A DNA stretch of 64,000 nt. Source: Lama guanicoe. Lineage: Eukaryota. The stretch covers positions 248,001-312,000 of the forward strand of contig MU053487.1 of NCBI GenBank assembly GCA_013239625.1, given 5' to 3'. Positions within the stretch are counted from its first letter, which is position 1. Each line of letters starts with the position of its first letter. Under the pieces are notes generated by a model, which saw only the letters and a list, made by a program, of their open reading frames with translations, searched no databases and was not told where the DNA came from. Position numbers and translations under genes: made by a program. Below are positions 51,761 through 64,000 of this stretch, piece by piece.

Positions 51761-51967
51761 CTGTATCAGGCCTGGCATAATCTCTGGCAAAAGAAGGTTA
51801 AGGGTTTCCTTGGACACTCTCTCTATCACTTTTGTTTGCATTTTGATTGCAGCCAGATTAATTGGGTAATCTGCAGTTTGGATAATGGGACAAAGCACTT
51901 TGATGCACTGCTCTGGACTGATGGAAGTGGCCAACACTGATGCAGCTTCCTCAGCAGACCTCACCAC
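51761..51967 (-). CDS. CLASP2: CLASP2 coding exon (207 nt), C-terminal HEAT/CLIP-interacting domain
   Basis: VVRSAEEAASVLATSISPEQCIKVLCPIIQTADYPINLAAIKMQTKVIERVSKETLNLLLPEIMPGLIQ; acceptor TGTTTCAG, donor GTAAGC. Confidence 0.96.
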
Positions 51968-52870
51968 CTGAAACAGAGGGGTCAACATTTAGCTAGGAAG
52001 TAACTCCATAAAATGTGACACCGTGTCCTGGAGGCACAAACTTTATGAGATACATAATAGGACATGATGTCTGGGATTTGCTCTGAAAACACTACAGTAA
52101 ACAAATATAAAAAGTGGGGGTCCAGATAAAACTGACTTGGTAAAACGTCAGTAACTGTTGAAGCTAGAAGATGGACACATGGGGCTTTATCACAACATTC
52201 TTCCTTCTGTGTTCTCTTAATGTTGGCTTGATTTAGTGATTTAATGATTTAAGCAATTTCTAGATGCTGTGATCTAGTTCCGCAGGGGAGTGGAGGCTCT
52301 GTTTCCCCAGACTGTAAAGTGAGCGGAGTCCTCTGCATCAGCCGTGTGGAGACCCTGCTCATCACAGGGCATCCTCAGCTCCAGGAATGCTTGATCCCCC
52401 TTTGTGACGGTATTACAAAATAAAACAAAGATCATCTCGTCAGTATGTTATTAAGTTAACAGGCCATTTCCCCTGCTGTTTATGATGATTTTTTTTCCTT
52501 CTGTATTGGGCTTTGGGCGGAGGGGTAGTAGGGCATGGGTTTTGCAATGAAGAGAAGAAATAGTTGCCTATATTCTTATCAGAATCTGTAATTGCTAAAG
52601 ATGGTCTTGAAAACACGTAAAAGTTAACGTGTTTGCTGCTACTTTGTTAGCATTTCACTTAAGCTCTCAATCTGTGAGAGGTGCTTGGGAAGATACAGTA
52701 GGAAATACACTGGAAGTCAGGAAACCCAGGCCTAATTTCATCTGTAATAACTTAAAAATGTCAATTTTATCTTTTGTAACAGTCAGTAATATGCTACAGG
52801 CCTTTTCTGGGTCAGAGGGTGGATAACTAAACTACAAATACTACAATAATTTAGCCATCAGGTAACTTAC

Positions 52871-52999
52871 CTCCTTATGAGGATCTTTGTGTGCTTCCAG
52901 TGTTTTCATGACCGTCAGTTCTGCATAGTTTTTAAATCTTGCTGGTTGATGCCTTAGGATTTCTCTTAAAACCTTTAATGCCAGAGCCCTGATTGTAGG
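52871..52999 (-). CDS. CLASP2: CLASP2 coding exon (129 nt)
   Basis: PTIRALALKVLREILRHQPARFKNYAELTVMKTLEAHKDPHKE; acceptor TTTCTTCTTAG, donor GTAAGT. Confidence 0.96.
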
Positions 53000-53496
53000 C
53001 TAAGAAGAAATATTTGAATGTTTTTAATATTTTGGGTTGTAGACAATCTTTTACATTTAACATTCTGTAACTTAAGGGTCTTAATATTGGTTAGGGGAAT
53101 TGCAGACAACTGCAAGAAGTACGTGCTATATTACATAATTAAGTTTTCACAACTCTAGTTGAAAACTTAAACTTCTTAAAGAAATCAAGAACCAACTACA
53201 TTCTGATTATCAACAAGGAAATTTTACTTCTGAACAACTAATTCAAATATGCAAAAAAATGTACTCTCCTATAAAAATTCCGTCAGCAATCTTTCATTTT
53301 TCCTGTTGTCAGTTGTTCAAAATCATCGAGGTACTTCGTTGAGTAGTACTTTATAGTAAAAATTTTGTGCAGAAAGCAGCAGCAGAAAAGACTCATTTCC
53401 CCAATTTCTAAGTGTGTGTAGTGCTTGATTAACAGGCAATGAGAGGCAATCCAAGGCAGAAAAAACAGGCTATTGTTTACACAGTCAGCAGTTTAC

Positions 53497-53690
53497 CTCT
53501 TTATCCCCAAGGGTTTCAAGCAATAAAAGTAATATTGTTTTGAAGTGTTCATCCCAAACACTGAAAGATTCTTCCTGTGTCAGTTTCATCAGTTCATAGA
53601 GGGCAATTTTTCTTTCTTCTACGCGTTCATTATGGTTAGACAACTCCTTCAACAACTCTGCAACCAGGTCAGAATGGTCTAGGGAAAGAT
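53497..53690 (-). CDS. CLASP2: CLASP2 coding exon (194 nt)
   Basis: (D)LSLDHSDLVAELLKELSNHNERVEERKIALYELMKLTQEESFSVWDEHFKTILLLLLETLGDKE; acceptor TTTTGACAG, donor GTAAAC. Confidence 0.96.
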
Positions 53691-56600
53691 CTGTCAAAAG
53701 GACATGATGTTAGTTCTGTAACTTTGTAAGCTGATTTTCACAAGTACGGGGATGCCAACTTTATAACATTATGAAACAGAAAGTTGGTTGTTAAAAACAA
53801 AAACAAAGAAAAATGACTAAGTAATATTCTTTTCAATTTGTCATTCCCAAAACATCAATACTAGTTCAAAACCATTTACAATAAAAATTCACTAAAGAGA
53901 GAATTGTACAATGAACCTTCATATACCCATCATCCAGATTTAATGATTATTAAGATTTTACCATTCTTACATCATCTTTGTCCCCCGTGCCTCCAGCTTT
54001 TTTTCCTGAAGTATTTCTAGCAAATCCCAGTGTCTCCCTTTGTCCTTACACACTTCTACATTGTCAAGCCAGGAGTCACCCCGTGCCTGGGCACTTCGTT
54101 TTTAGTGACATCAACAATGGTCACTGGATCTACCTGGTGACAAGTTGATCCTACCACTGGAAAGTTCCCCGTCAATCTTTTCACTAACGATTTCACCCAC
54201 TGATGTTCTGAATCAATTACTAGGAGTTAAAAATGGGTTGAAATTCTTCTGCAGAGAGTGACTTTATCAACTATTGCTATTTTGATTACCCTGAAATACA
54301 GTTTGATAGAAAAGGCAGAATATACTTAATACATTTCCCTTTAAATTTCAGAGTCAAGAGTTGGGCCCAGTGGCTATCGAGGAGTTTTCATTTCTTTTTG
54401 CTTTCTTTTTAAATGTGTAATTATGAACTCATGAATTTTATGAATTTTAAAGGACACATTGTTTATTTTTCAACAGTCATCAGATAATGCTTTAAATCAT
54501 CTTTAAAAGAAAGACAGTTAAATCCAAAAGTTCACATTAGAGCACTACAAAATAACAGAGTTGTCCTACATTTTTTTTAATGATAAATTCAGGCTTTGAG
54601 GGACTTGGGCAAGCATTTGCCTGGGCTTGTGCCATAAATTACTTTTCCTGACTCCTTCTCTGAAATGAAATAATCCCAGAATAGGATGCCTGAGCCTAGA
54701 AGGCACACCCGGGGTCAACTCCTCCTCCCAAGTCTCCAGGAAAGACAGCTGACACCGTGGGGCTGTACTCTCTGTGCGTCTACTTGGCATGGGCAGGCTG
54801 GCCTTTTGGGGAGGGTTGTTGCCTACGAAAGGAAAGGATCAGGAGGAGAGTACTCTACCCAAAAACAAACCTTGAGGTTGCAGTTTGCCAGATATTTCAC
54901 TATTGATCCATAAAAACAGAAGCTACTGTGCCTCATCCTGCCAGCTGGTCAGCCTCTGACCTAGAGATACCAATGGCCTAACACTGTATGTCTCAGGGAA
55001 CCCACAACTACAAGTAGGGAAAGAAAAATTCTGTTTCACTTAAGACGATTCAGAAACCTGAGGAAACGGAATCAAGCTGAACTATTAGAACAGATGACTT
55101 CCATTGGAATAAAACTAACAGATGACGGAAGGGAAGCTGAACCAAAGTGTAATGATGACATTCACTGACTATAAAAAGGAAGTTTGTTAGAACAACTTTC
55201 ATGGAACTGTAATAAGAGCACTGAGAACCTCTGGTTCCCAAACACTCTTTCACAGAGCACAAAATGTTGATTACTGAACTAAACTTGAGGTAATCTGGGA
55301 AAAATGATCACTAAGGGGAACCAAATTAGGGCTGGAAGACCAAGAAGAACATCTGCAAAATGCAGAGCAGAATCACGAAAGATAAGAAATTTGAGTTCAA
55401 AGATACACTCTTAACTTGGAGAATAAAAATGTCTTTTAACTTCATCTGTATAGACCAACATGAGATCAATATTGCTGGTTTAACAAGAACTACTGCAGCT
55501 GAATAAATGCATCTCTATAAACCCCATAAAAATCACTCCTGCAAAGTTATAGTATCAGATTTTCACAGGTGTCAGAGAATTACTGTCGTAAGAGTTGATT
55601 TTATTCCAGCTAAATAAAGGGAAGTCACAAGAAAATGTTCTTCAAAGGAACTCAGTTCTCTTCCTCACGAGTACAGGCTTTGTAATTACTCTAGAAGATA
55701 ATCAGAAATGACTTGTTATATAATGGTCTGGAGAGATGATTGACAGGAAAATCACTTCTGCCAAAGAAAGCACACACACGATTCGTTGAAAAATGGAACT
55801 GTTTATATCATACAAACAATTAAAACCTAAGGTGCTGAATTAGTTAAGACAAAGTATTCTCTTCTGCCTCTTCTAACACAGGGAGGCACTGCGGTCCTGC
55901 GCAAGGCACACAGGCGCTGGGGGCCCGCCAAGCCTCTGCCCCTCAGCCTGTGTGTGATGGGGGCGTGCTCTTACCTACTGTGGAGGCTGGGCTTTCTCAT
56001 CAGTAAAATGGGAAAACAGCACCCACCCCTAGGGTCACTGTGAGCACCTGGGCCTGAAATCTGAGTCTCCCTTGAATAACAGTGTCATGGTCACTAGTGG
56101 TAGTACGTATCCTGGAACAATACAGTCCCTGGTAAACTTTACAAAGGTCATAATCAGAAGTGGCCATTAGTGTAGGCTTTTTTGACTTGTTAATTTTGAT
56201 AAATTTGTCAAATATGTGTGTATCTGTCTATAGTATATACAGAAATGCCTGAGTAAGAGAAATGCAAAGTCTTCCCCATCTCAACTTTAAAATGGAATAT
56301 AGACAGCAAATGAAAACAACTGCTATATGAAGCTAGGAACAGCTACTATTTTGGTTTAACCAAGGGCTTATCCGTTTTCAAAGAGTGTTTACTCAACATA
56401 AAAGGGCTGCCTTATGTTTTGGAAGTCAATCAGACATATTAAGCTGTGAAGAAAAAAATGTTCACAAGTTCAAAAATATTCTACCCAGTTTAGGTTTCAG
56501 CTATATAATTTCCAAAGACGTCTTCATTTAACAAATGGAAAATACATGATTCTTAGTAAAGAAGAAGAGAACTAGATCATAAGGGGGGGGTGATTTTGCT

Positions 56601-56829
56601 AAGTTGCCATAATTTTGGCTTTGTGATATTTGTGATATATTAAGTCTCTTAACATGAGAAGTTGGTAAAAACACAATTTTTCCTCATAAAATGAAGTATT
56701 TTTCCATTCATTAAAATTACAAATGACCATGGGGATAGGTTCCTGGGTAGAATAAGGAGGGTTTCTACACACTGAGTGTGGGAAAGATGGGGTTTCAGAG
56801 CTCAGCCAGAGTAAGAAGGGTGTCCACGT

Positions 56830-58200
56830 GTGATGGCAATCAGGTGTGATCTGTCAGAGCCCATGCAGAACAGCAGTGGGTGTCAGAGGCCAAGGAGGCT
56901 GAGCGTGTCCACATGGAATGGTAGAGCCCAGCAGGGTGATGACTGCACTGTGGGAGGGAGGAGGTGGTGGCAGAGATGGAGAACTGGTTGCATAAGGAGG
57001 ATTGATCAAATAAGTAAATATATTAAAGATAACGGAAGCCAGGTTTCTCACTGTCAGAAAAGGGGAGTTATCAATAAGGGAGAAACTAAAATTAACCTCA
57101 TGGCACTAGACTGGAATTGGAGTTACTGGTGCAAACACATAGCTTTGGACAGACACAGAAATAGATATAAATCAGCATACACACATACACATTTCCTAGC
57201 TCTGGCCACTCAGAGGTCTGTGGAGTAGTGATACCCCACCAGCAGTGAGTATCCCTCGTGCCCAGGCTTTAGTCTTTAAAGACCATTTTCTATTAAAAGA
57301 AACCAAGGATTGATCCTTGGAGAAATGGCTGATTCCAGGATTGAAGGAAGGACAGTACAAGATGTTGTTGTGTCAGAATGTAAGGATGCAGACATGTCAA
57401 AAGGACACAAAAGCCAGCTTGAATGGGTGGTGGTCAAATTAAGGACAATTTGAGCGTATTATAAATAATGATAGTTAAAATTATAACCCACTGAATAGAA
57501 TAGGAAACTATAAGACCATACAGTTATAAATATGTAAATAAATATTTTTAAAATGAATAAAATTTAAGTTTAATGAGGACTGGGATATTCAGTTTTAAAC
57601 TACCTCTCCACAAAACACTTATTAATTACAAAAAGAGTAACTTCACAGTGGAGAAGCCTGGTTAGTATCACCAAAATCAAGGGATCAACATTAACATCAC
57701 CAACCATGGGGCAAAGTGCAATCATGTGTTAGCTGAAAGACGCACTCTCACTTCTGTGATACTGATGCCAAGAGTACAGTCTAAGTCCAATCATAAGAAA
57801 ACATCAGACAAACCTACATTGAGGGAAATACTACAAAATAACTGGTCTTTAATCTCCAAAAATGCCATGGTCACGAGAGCCAAGAAAAGACTGAACAGGG
57901 ATGGAGACATGGTAACTAAATCCATGACGTTCTGAACCGAATCCTCTGCTATAAGATATCATCAAGATAACAGACAGAACACTAAGGACAGGTGGTTCTT
58001 AATGTACCAAAGAGAATCCCCTGATTTTGATGAATATGTTGTGGTTATGCAGGACAATGTCTCGGTTTACAGAAAGTACATTCTAAAGTATTTGAGGTGA
58101 TGGAGCATCAGTTCGGCAACTCACTCTCAGATATTTCAAGAAACGAGAAGTTCTTTCTCCTATACTCCCAACTTTTAAGGTTCTGAGTATTTTGAAACAA
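56830..58200 (+). mobile_element. L1MC/MD-like long 3' UTR remnant
   Basis: GATCAAATAAGTAAATATATTAAAGATAACGGAAGCCAGG, CTTGGAGAAATGGCTGATTCCAGG, GAGTAACTTCACAGTGGAGAAGCCTGG, AAACATCAGACAAACC. Confidence 0.75.
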
Positions 58201-59848
58201 TACTTAAAAAAAACTATATATACATACATACATATATATATGTGTATATATGTACTGTAGCTGAGGCAAGAGATGCCAGTTGTGTGACCTCTGTGCATAA
58301 ATAATTTAAAAACAATTAAAGCTGCTAAAGTTAGGTCTCGATTTCTCAGTCAACTGCAGGGCTGTCGCTACACAGATGGTTCCTAGGACACTTTCATGAG
58401 GGTCCAATTCATTCATGCGCTTCTGTTACGCTGCTATGGTGACCAGACCTCAGCAAGGGAGTCAACTATTTATGACGGGTTAAAACATACCAAAGCGCGC
58501 AACTGTGGCAATTTTATAGACTCTTATGTATTAAGACAACTATTATTTTAGATAGTTTGGTCACAATTTTGCCTTTGTGATATCTGAGATACATTAAGTC
58601 TTTTAACATGACATGTTGGTAAAAATATGATTCATCAACTGGTAATCAAAGAAATACAGAAGTGAAGATATTTTTCTACTCATCAAAATTACAAAAATTA
58701 AAAAATATTCCTGATATCTAATTTCTCAATCTTTCTAACAATTAAGGAAATGCTCATTAGGAATGACCTATATTTTATATCCATCACAGTGACAAAAAAT
58801 AAAACATCTAAACACTCTGTGCTGGTGAGGCAATCAGTACTACTTAAACTAACCAAGTGTTTTCAGTTGGTAATTGGGTATTAACTCTCAAAACTTAAAC
58901 TTACATATACCTCAACTGAGCAATTCTACCTCTAGAAATCTCTTAGAATTACCTGTACATGTGCATAAGTTTATGCAGAAATATGTTCAATGACAGTAAC
59001 TCTGAGGGAATAAAGGAAAACCAGAAACTACCAACATATGGAATCATGAGGGGGAGACTTTCAAGTTTATCTACATATAGTTATATATTAACTATACATT
59101 ATTTAAATCTTTAACTAAAAAAAGAATTAATGGATTGTGTAATATGCTGAGGCAAAAACGTAATTCCTTATTACTAAAAATAACTAAAACATTCACAGTG
59201 CTTTGTACTTTATAATCAGTTTTTATACATCTTATCTGAATCTTACCACATACTGTGGTCAAAGGGCAAGTAATGTAACATCTCCAGCCTAGTGACAAGT
59301 GAGATTCAGGAAGGTCAACCAACTTCCCAGGTAATGCAGCTTAATAAGTGTTTGAGCTCAGACCTAAGCCAACTCCAAATCCCAATGGTAGCTTCTCCCA
59401 TATTTGGTCCTTGAATGTATCTTATTAAAGAGTTTATGACTTCACACTTAAAAGGTTATTGTAAAGAACAGGCATTCTTTCAAAGGGTTTTGTCATTCTG
59501 GTATAAAAGTTAGTAACTAAATGAACTATGTTTAGACATAGACTAAATTTATAAGCTATAAGTTAGACATAGACTAAATTTATAAGCTACAACTGGTTTC
59601 ATCTGTTTCTGGGAAGTCACTAAGGTTTTCTTGATTTCAAGGATGACCTTAGGATGATTAACCTGTCTCTCATTCTGGGGAAGAAAACTACCAAAACACC
59701 AGAAATGAGCTCCTAGAAGATGAGAGAGAACGATCCCATCCCAAAGATCCTTACTTAGGAAGTTACAATAAAAGAACACGTATCCTTCTTTTGCTTTGCT
59801 GATTAGCAGACCTCTGTAACAGAAGGTAGCAGACGACCCAGGACGTAC

Positions 59849-60077
59849 CATCGGGGAACTGGTCAGCATCATCATCGAACATGGCTTCCTTGAGGGCAGA
59901 CTTATTGAAGGGACTGATGCTATCTGAGTAGTTATACGGATTATAGTCTCGAGAGCGTGGAGAGGAGTGAGCAGGCATCGAATGGAGCAATGAAGCTTTA
60001 TTATCAAGGGCTGTTTGGCTTGGGTCAGTAGCATCACCTCCTGCTCTTGGGTCAGACATCCCAGGACCGCCACACAT
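59849..60077 (-). CDS. CLASP2: CLASP2 coding exon (229 nt)
   Basis: MCGGPGMSDPRAGGDATDPSQTALDNKASLL...ALKEAMFDDDADQFPD; acceptor TTAACAG, donor GTACGT; phase 1 joins the next exon. Confidence 0.95.
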
Positions 60078-60749
60078 CTGTTAATGGGACGGGGAAAGTA
60101 TAGCAAATTAATTCACTTTCAAGTATCTCTTCAAAATTCTAAAAGGATATTTTCCTACTGCTTGAAAGGCTATTTTAAAAAGGTAATAATAAAGAGCTGA
60201 AAAAAGCTGAGTAATGGAAATCAACAAGATGAGTTAAAACTTACATTCAAAAAGCCAAAGCTCATGGAAAAGCTGTAAAGAAACCACATCCATGAAGGCA
60301 AATAAGAACCATGAAAGAATGATGTCTCTAACAATTCCTATAGTTTCCCTGCCAATGGCTCGATCAAACAATATATATATACACTGTGATTAGTTACAGT
60401 TAAATGCCATTTATGCCAGTTAAATAAATACAAAAGGACTTTTACCAGCAACATAGAACTAAAAGCTCCCAGATTTCATTATTAAGGCTGTAAATTATAC
60501 AATGACAGTACGTCAATAAAGGAAATCAAATTTCAAAAGTCTTGCTTAAAAACAAGAACAAAAACAAAAAACACACACATACAAAAAAATAAAAGCCTAA
60601 AGGTACTGCATAGCTTTTGGAAGGATGCCTGATGGAGTTTGGGCACATTAATACACTTATCAAAATATCAATTACCATCATCAGTGTCACCATTACCACC
60701 ACTGACCGAGCAACTATGTGTCAAGCTGTTAGCGAGGTGCTTTACAAAT

Positions 60750-61470
60750 ATTCTTTAATTTTACTGTGCACCTATTCCATGCCAGGTAACATTTTTGGCA
60801 TTGGGGATATATTAGTGAACAAATGAGAGAATGCTGTCTATCCTGACGAAGTTTAACATTCTAGTGTGGGGTCAGAGACATTAAAAAAACATAATGAATG
60901 GGTAAGTTACGTGGTACAGTAGAAGATGATTAGTGCCTGGGAGGCAGTACAGTATTAAAGGGATCATGAGTGCCAAGGTGGGAGGGAGGAGGCTGCAGAT
61001 TAAATAGGCTGCTCAAAGTAAGATTTACTGAGAAGCCATCTGCTCAAAGACTGGAAGGAAGTGGGGAAACTAGCCATGGGGATATCTGGAGGAAGAATGT
61101 TTAAGGCAGAGGGAACAGCTAAGACAGGGGCCCTGAAGCAAGAACATGCCCAGTAAGTTCAGGGAATAGCAAGGACACATGTGGCTAGAGCAGAGGAAAG
61201 TAGCCGGAGATGAGGTCAGGGAGGTAACAAGGGGAAAAGTCTACTGTGTAGACTGTGGTTTATATTTTGGAGATAGCCAACAGATTCCCTGATGGACTAA
61301 GCAGGGAGGATGAGAAAAAGAAAGGAGGAAACAAGGACAACTGTTCTGTCCAAGGTTTTTGGCTGAGCAACTAGCACTGCTATCAACTGGGATAGAGGAG
61401 GACAGTTTAGGGGAAAAGATCAGGAGTTGGATGTATGAATCTGAAACTCAGGAGAGAGGGCTGGGCTGGA
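60750..61470 (-). mobile_element. L2 remnant
   Basis: GTGCACCTATTCCATGCCAGG...GGGGATATATTAGTGAACAAA...GGCAGAGGGAACAGC...GGAGATGAGGTCAGGGAGGTAA, antisense L2 text. Confidence 0.75.
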
Positions 61471-62610
61471 TGGAGTCATTGATTTATCATACAATAATTT
61501 TTAAGGTATGCAATAGTACCCCTATTTTCCTTAGGAAGACACTGAGGCTTAGAAGTGGTAATCTGACTAGTTAGTGAATGCCAGGAATCAGGATTCAAAC
61601 TCACTTCTGCCAGAATCCACTACTTGAGCTACCGACACTGTACCCTGCTGTCTCGGGGTGGTGGTGGTGGGGGGTCCTCAATTAAACACTGACTCTTATT
61701 AACCTGTTACTGCTACCACAGGCAGCTTTTGAGTTAGGGAACCTCAAATATGAGTGGTAAGCAGGTTTTTGGCAGCCAGTTTACTAGGCCCGTCTGCCAT
61801 ACAGGCATGGAGAGAAAAACAATAGCAAGAAAGAAGCCAGGAAGCAGAGGAGGGAGCCCTTTAGAGATCTGCTGAAGCACTGCAATGTTCTATAATTTTG
61901 CAAACACTGAGAAACCACAGATTCCACAGGAAATGGTGGGATAGCTTATTTTGAGAAAAGTCTAAGAAGAAGCAGAGTGAAAAATAATTGCTCTTTGTAT
62001 AATGGCAGAGACAACAAACTGAACAAATGTCAGTTACAACATTCTTAATGGGAATCACATAAACTGATGAGTCAAATCACTACCACTATATTTAATAGGA
62101 ATAAAAAAAGTCTAAACACCTTATTGTGTCCTGCAAGGGCCATGTGACCTGGCCCATGTTCCAGTCCCCCACACCTTCATAATGCTCCAGCTACCCTGGC
62201 TTTCATCCTGTTTCTCAACTGTACAACCTCGCTCTCATCTCAGTGTCTTGGCACTTGCTACTTCTTGTATGGAATTCTCCTCTCCTAGACCTTGTATGGC
62301 TTTATTTAGGTCTCGGTGCAAATGTCATCTTCTCTGACCACTTAATCCAAAATAGATTCACTTTACATTCTAACCTAAAACTCCACAGTACTCATCTCTA
62401 TCTGAAAATCTATAAGGAACTTGACAGCAGCGACTTTGCCTTGTAAATCTAAGACCCAGAACAGTGCCTGGTACGTGATAGATAGTCAGTAAATACTGAG
62501 TGACTGACCCCTGGAAAACTAAACTTGAAAATGAAAGAAAGCAAAGTTAAAAAACAATACAAAATAAAAAAGTCTTGAAGTGTGCAATGTAAGAATATTC
62601 AAATACTCAC

Positions 62611-62764
62611 TGAATCACCATCATCTTTTTTAGAATCTCTCTTCAATGGCTCATTCATATCTTCTTGACTACGGAAGCTGAAATTCTGAATTGCTTCAGT
62701 GACACCTCTAAGAGAGCTATAAATATCTTCAGAGTTCATATTTTCTGTGTCATAGTCAAATGCA
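62611..62764 (-). CDS. CLASP2: CLASP2 coding exon (154 nt), first exon visible; gene extends beyond window end
   Basis: AFDYDTENMNSEDIYSSLRGVTEAIQNFSFRSQEDMNEPLKRDSKKDDGDS; acceptor CTTTTTCATAG, donor GTGAGT. Confidence 0.96.
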
Positions 62765-63019
62765 CTATGAAAAAGACAGTAATTCATTTCTCTTTGTAGT
62801 TTTGAAATACAAACATATCTGAGATTACACAGGATATTTATAAAGACAGGATTAGAAAATGATAGCTCTAAAGCACAATTAGCAAAACAAAACCTGACAG
62901 CTACAAATGGCTAAAGTACATGTCCCCTTGTTTGCTCACTAAGGGCAGCTTACAGTGCCTCTAGAAGGCACAGTCCTTAACAACTGGTTTGCCTTTTCAC
63001 CTTCAAAAATGTTCTAACC

Positions 63020-63305
63020 AGGGGTCAGCAAATTATGGCCCTGATATCGAAGAGTTTTTTTAAAATTTTTAAAAAGTTAAGAAAAAAAATCGAAACAATA
63101 ACATTTCACAACACATGAAAATTATATAAAATTCAAATTTCAGTGTCCATAAATAAAATTGTTTTGGAGCATAGCAATGCTTATTTATTTAGCTATTGTC
63201 TATGGCTATGTTCACAGAGTTGAGCAGAGGTGATCAAGACTGCATGGCCTGCAAAGCCTATAGTATTGATCACATGTCCCTGTACAGATAGTTTACTAAG
63301 TCCTG
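63020..63305. mobile_element. MER58B-like hAT MITE
   Basis: CAGGGGTCAGCAAATTATGGCC...AAATTCAAATTTCAGTGTCCATAAATAAA...ATGGCCTGCAAAGCCTA...AGTCCTG. Confidence 0.85.
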
Positions 63306-64000
63306 TGATTAAGTCACAATAATGGTACTGCTTAAATTGGGGATTAATGTATTTTACACAAATCTGTAAGAATGCCAAGAACTTTTAACAGTGAACATAA
63401 CTGTTATTGATGTGAATTCTATAATCAGATTCTAAAATTGAACTGAGGCCGGAATTTAGCCATCAGAATTGTCACATATGTGTAATGTGGAAAAAACAGA
63501 CTAAATTATAAATTTGCAATATTTTTTGCAATACAATGAAGCATCTTATAATTGTAATGAATACAAGAAAATAGGTTATGATAGATGGCTAATAACAAAA
63601 ATCAACCTGATAAGGACAAATATGGACTAGTAGACAAATTTTTTTAGAAGGCCACGATAGGGAAAAATGTCCCTTAATGAGTTAAGAACTTTATCTGAAA
63701 TACAGCCCAGCCTGAATTGCACAAGTGTGTAAAAATTTCATACATCTTACATTTTGTATTAGTGATCAATCTCACAGTCACATTTCTCCTAAGAATACAT
63801 ACTGCCAAATTATATTTAACCCTTCCCTAGTTTTTCTTAATTTTTTTGTTTTTGTGTATAAGCTTAATTATTTCTTCTATTCTTAGAAGTGGTTGGCGAA
63901 CATTAGCTCTAAATATCCATCATTACGACGTTACCTCGTCATTTATACTAAGTAATAAAACTGAAAGACATAATTTGCAATTAATGGATTTATACAGCAT

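Noticed and set aside
52200..52620. Unique-looking intronic block considered as snoRNA/snRNA or retrocopy
   Set aside because: No convincing C/D box pair with terminal stem, H/ACA layout or TSD/poly(A) visible; needs an Rfam/Infernal search.
59549..60106. 185-aa minus-strand ORF, the longest in the track
   Set aside because: Alternative frame overlapping the real CLASP2 exon and running into intron; no recognisable protein.
1..64000. CRISPR arrays, operons or other prokaryote-type systems
   Set aside because: Sequence is mammalian intron/exon DNA; the direct repeats seen are TSDs, microsatellites or local duplications with no repeat-spacer periodicity.

Overview
Mammalian genomic DNA, most likely camelid: it carries seven copies of a tRNA-Ala-derived SINE resembling the camelid vic-1 type. 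Two intron-containing genes lie in tandem on the minus strand. (1) The last seven coding exons and 3' UTR of CLASP2 (microtubule +TIP; CDS 62764->47890, likely distal poly(A) signal at 45505-45510). (2) The CpG-island promoter and coding exons 1-8 of UBP1 (LBP-1a/b, CP2/Grainyhead-family transcription factor; ATG at 27833, continuing beyond the window start). All 15 exons were delimited by hand with GT-AG boundaries and consistent phases. The rest is intronic or intergenic DNA rich in L1, L2, MIR, MaLR (MLT1), ERV and hAT remnants. Repeat subfamily names are from recollection of consensus sequences, not a search. I found no convincing novel biological system. The best leads are two candidate frameshifting/stop-containing ('poison') cassette exons (28 nt in CLASP2, 47 nt in UBP1), a single uORF in the UBP1 leader, three miR-200-family 8mer sites in the CLASP2 3' UTR, and ERVL pol relics in opposite orientations.
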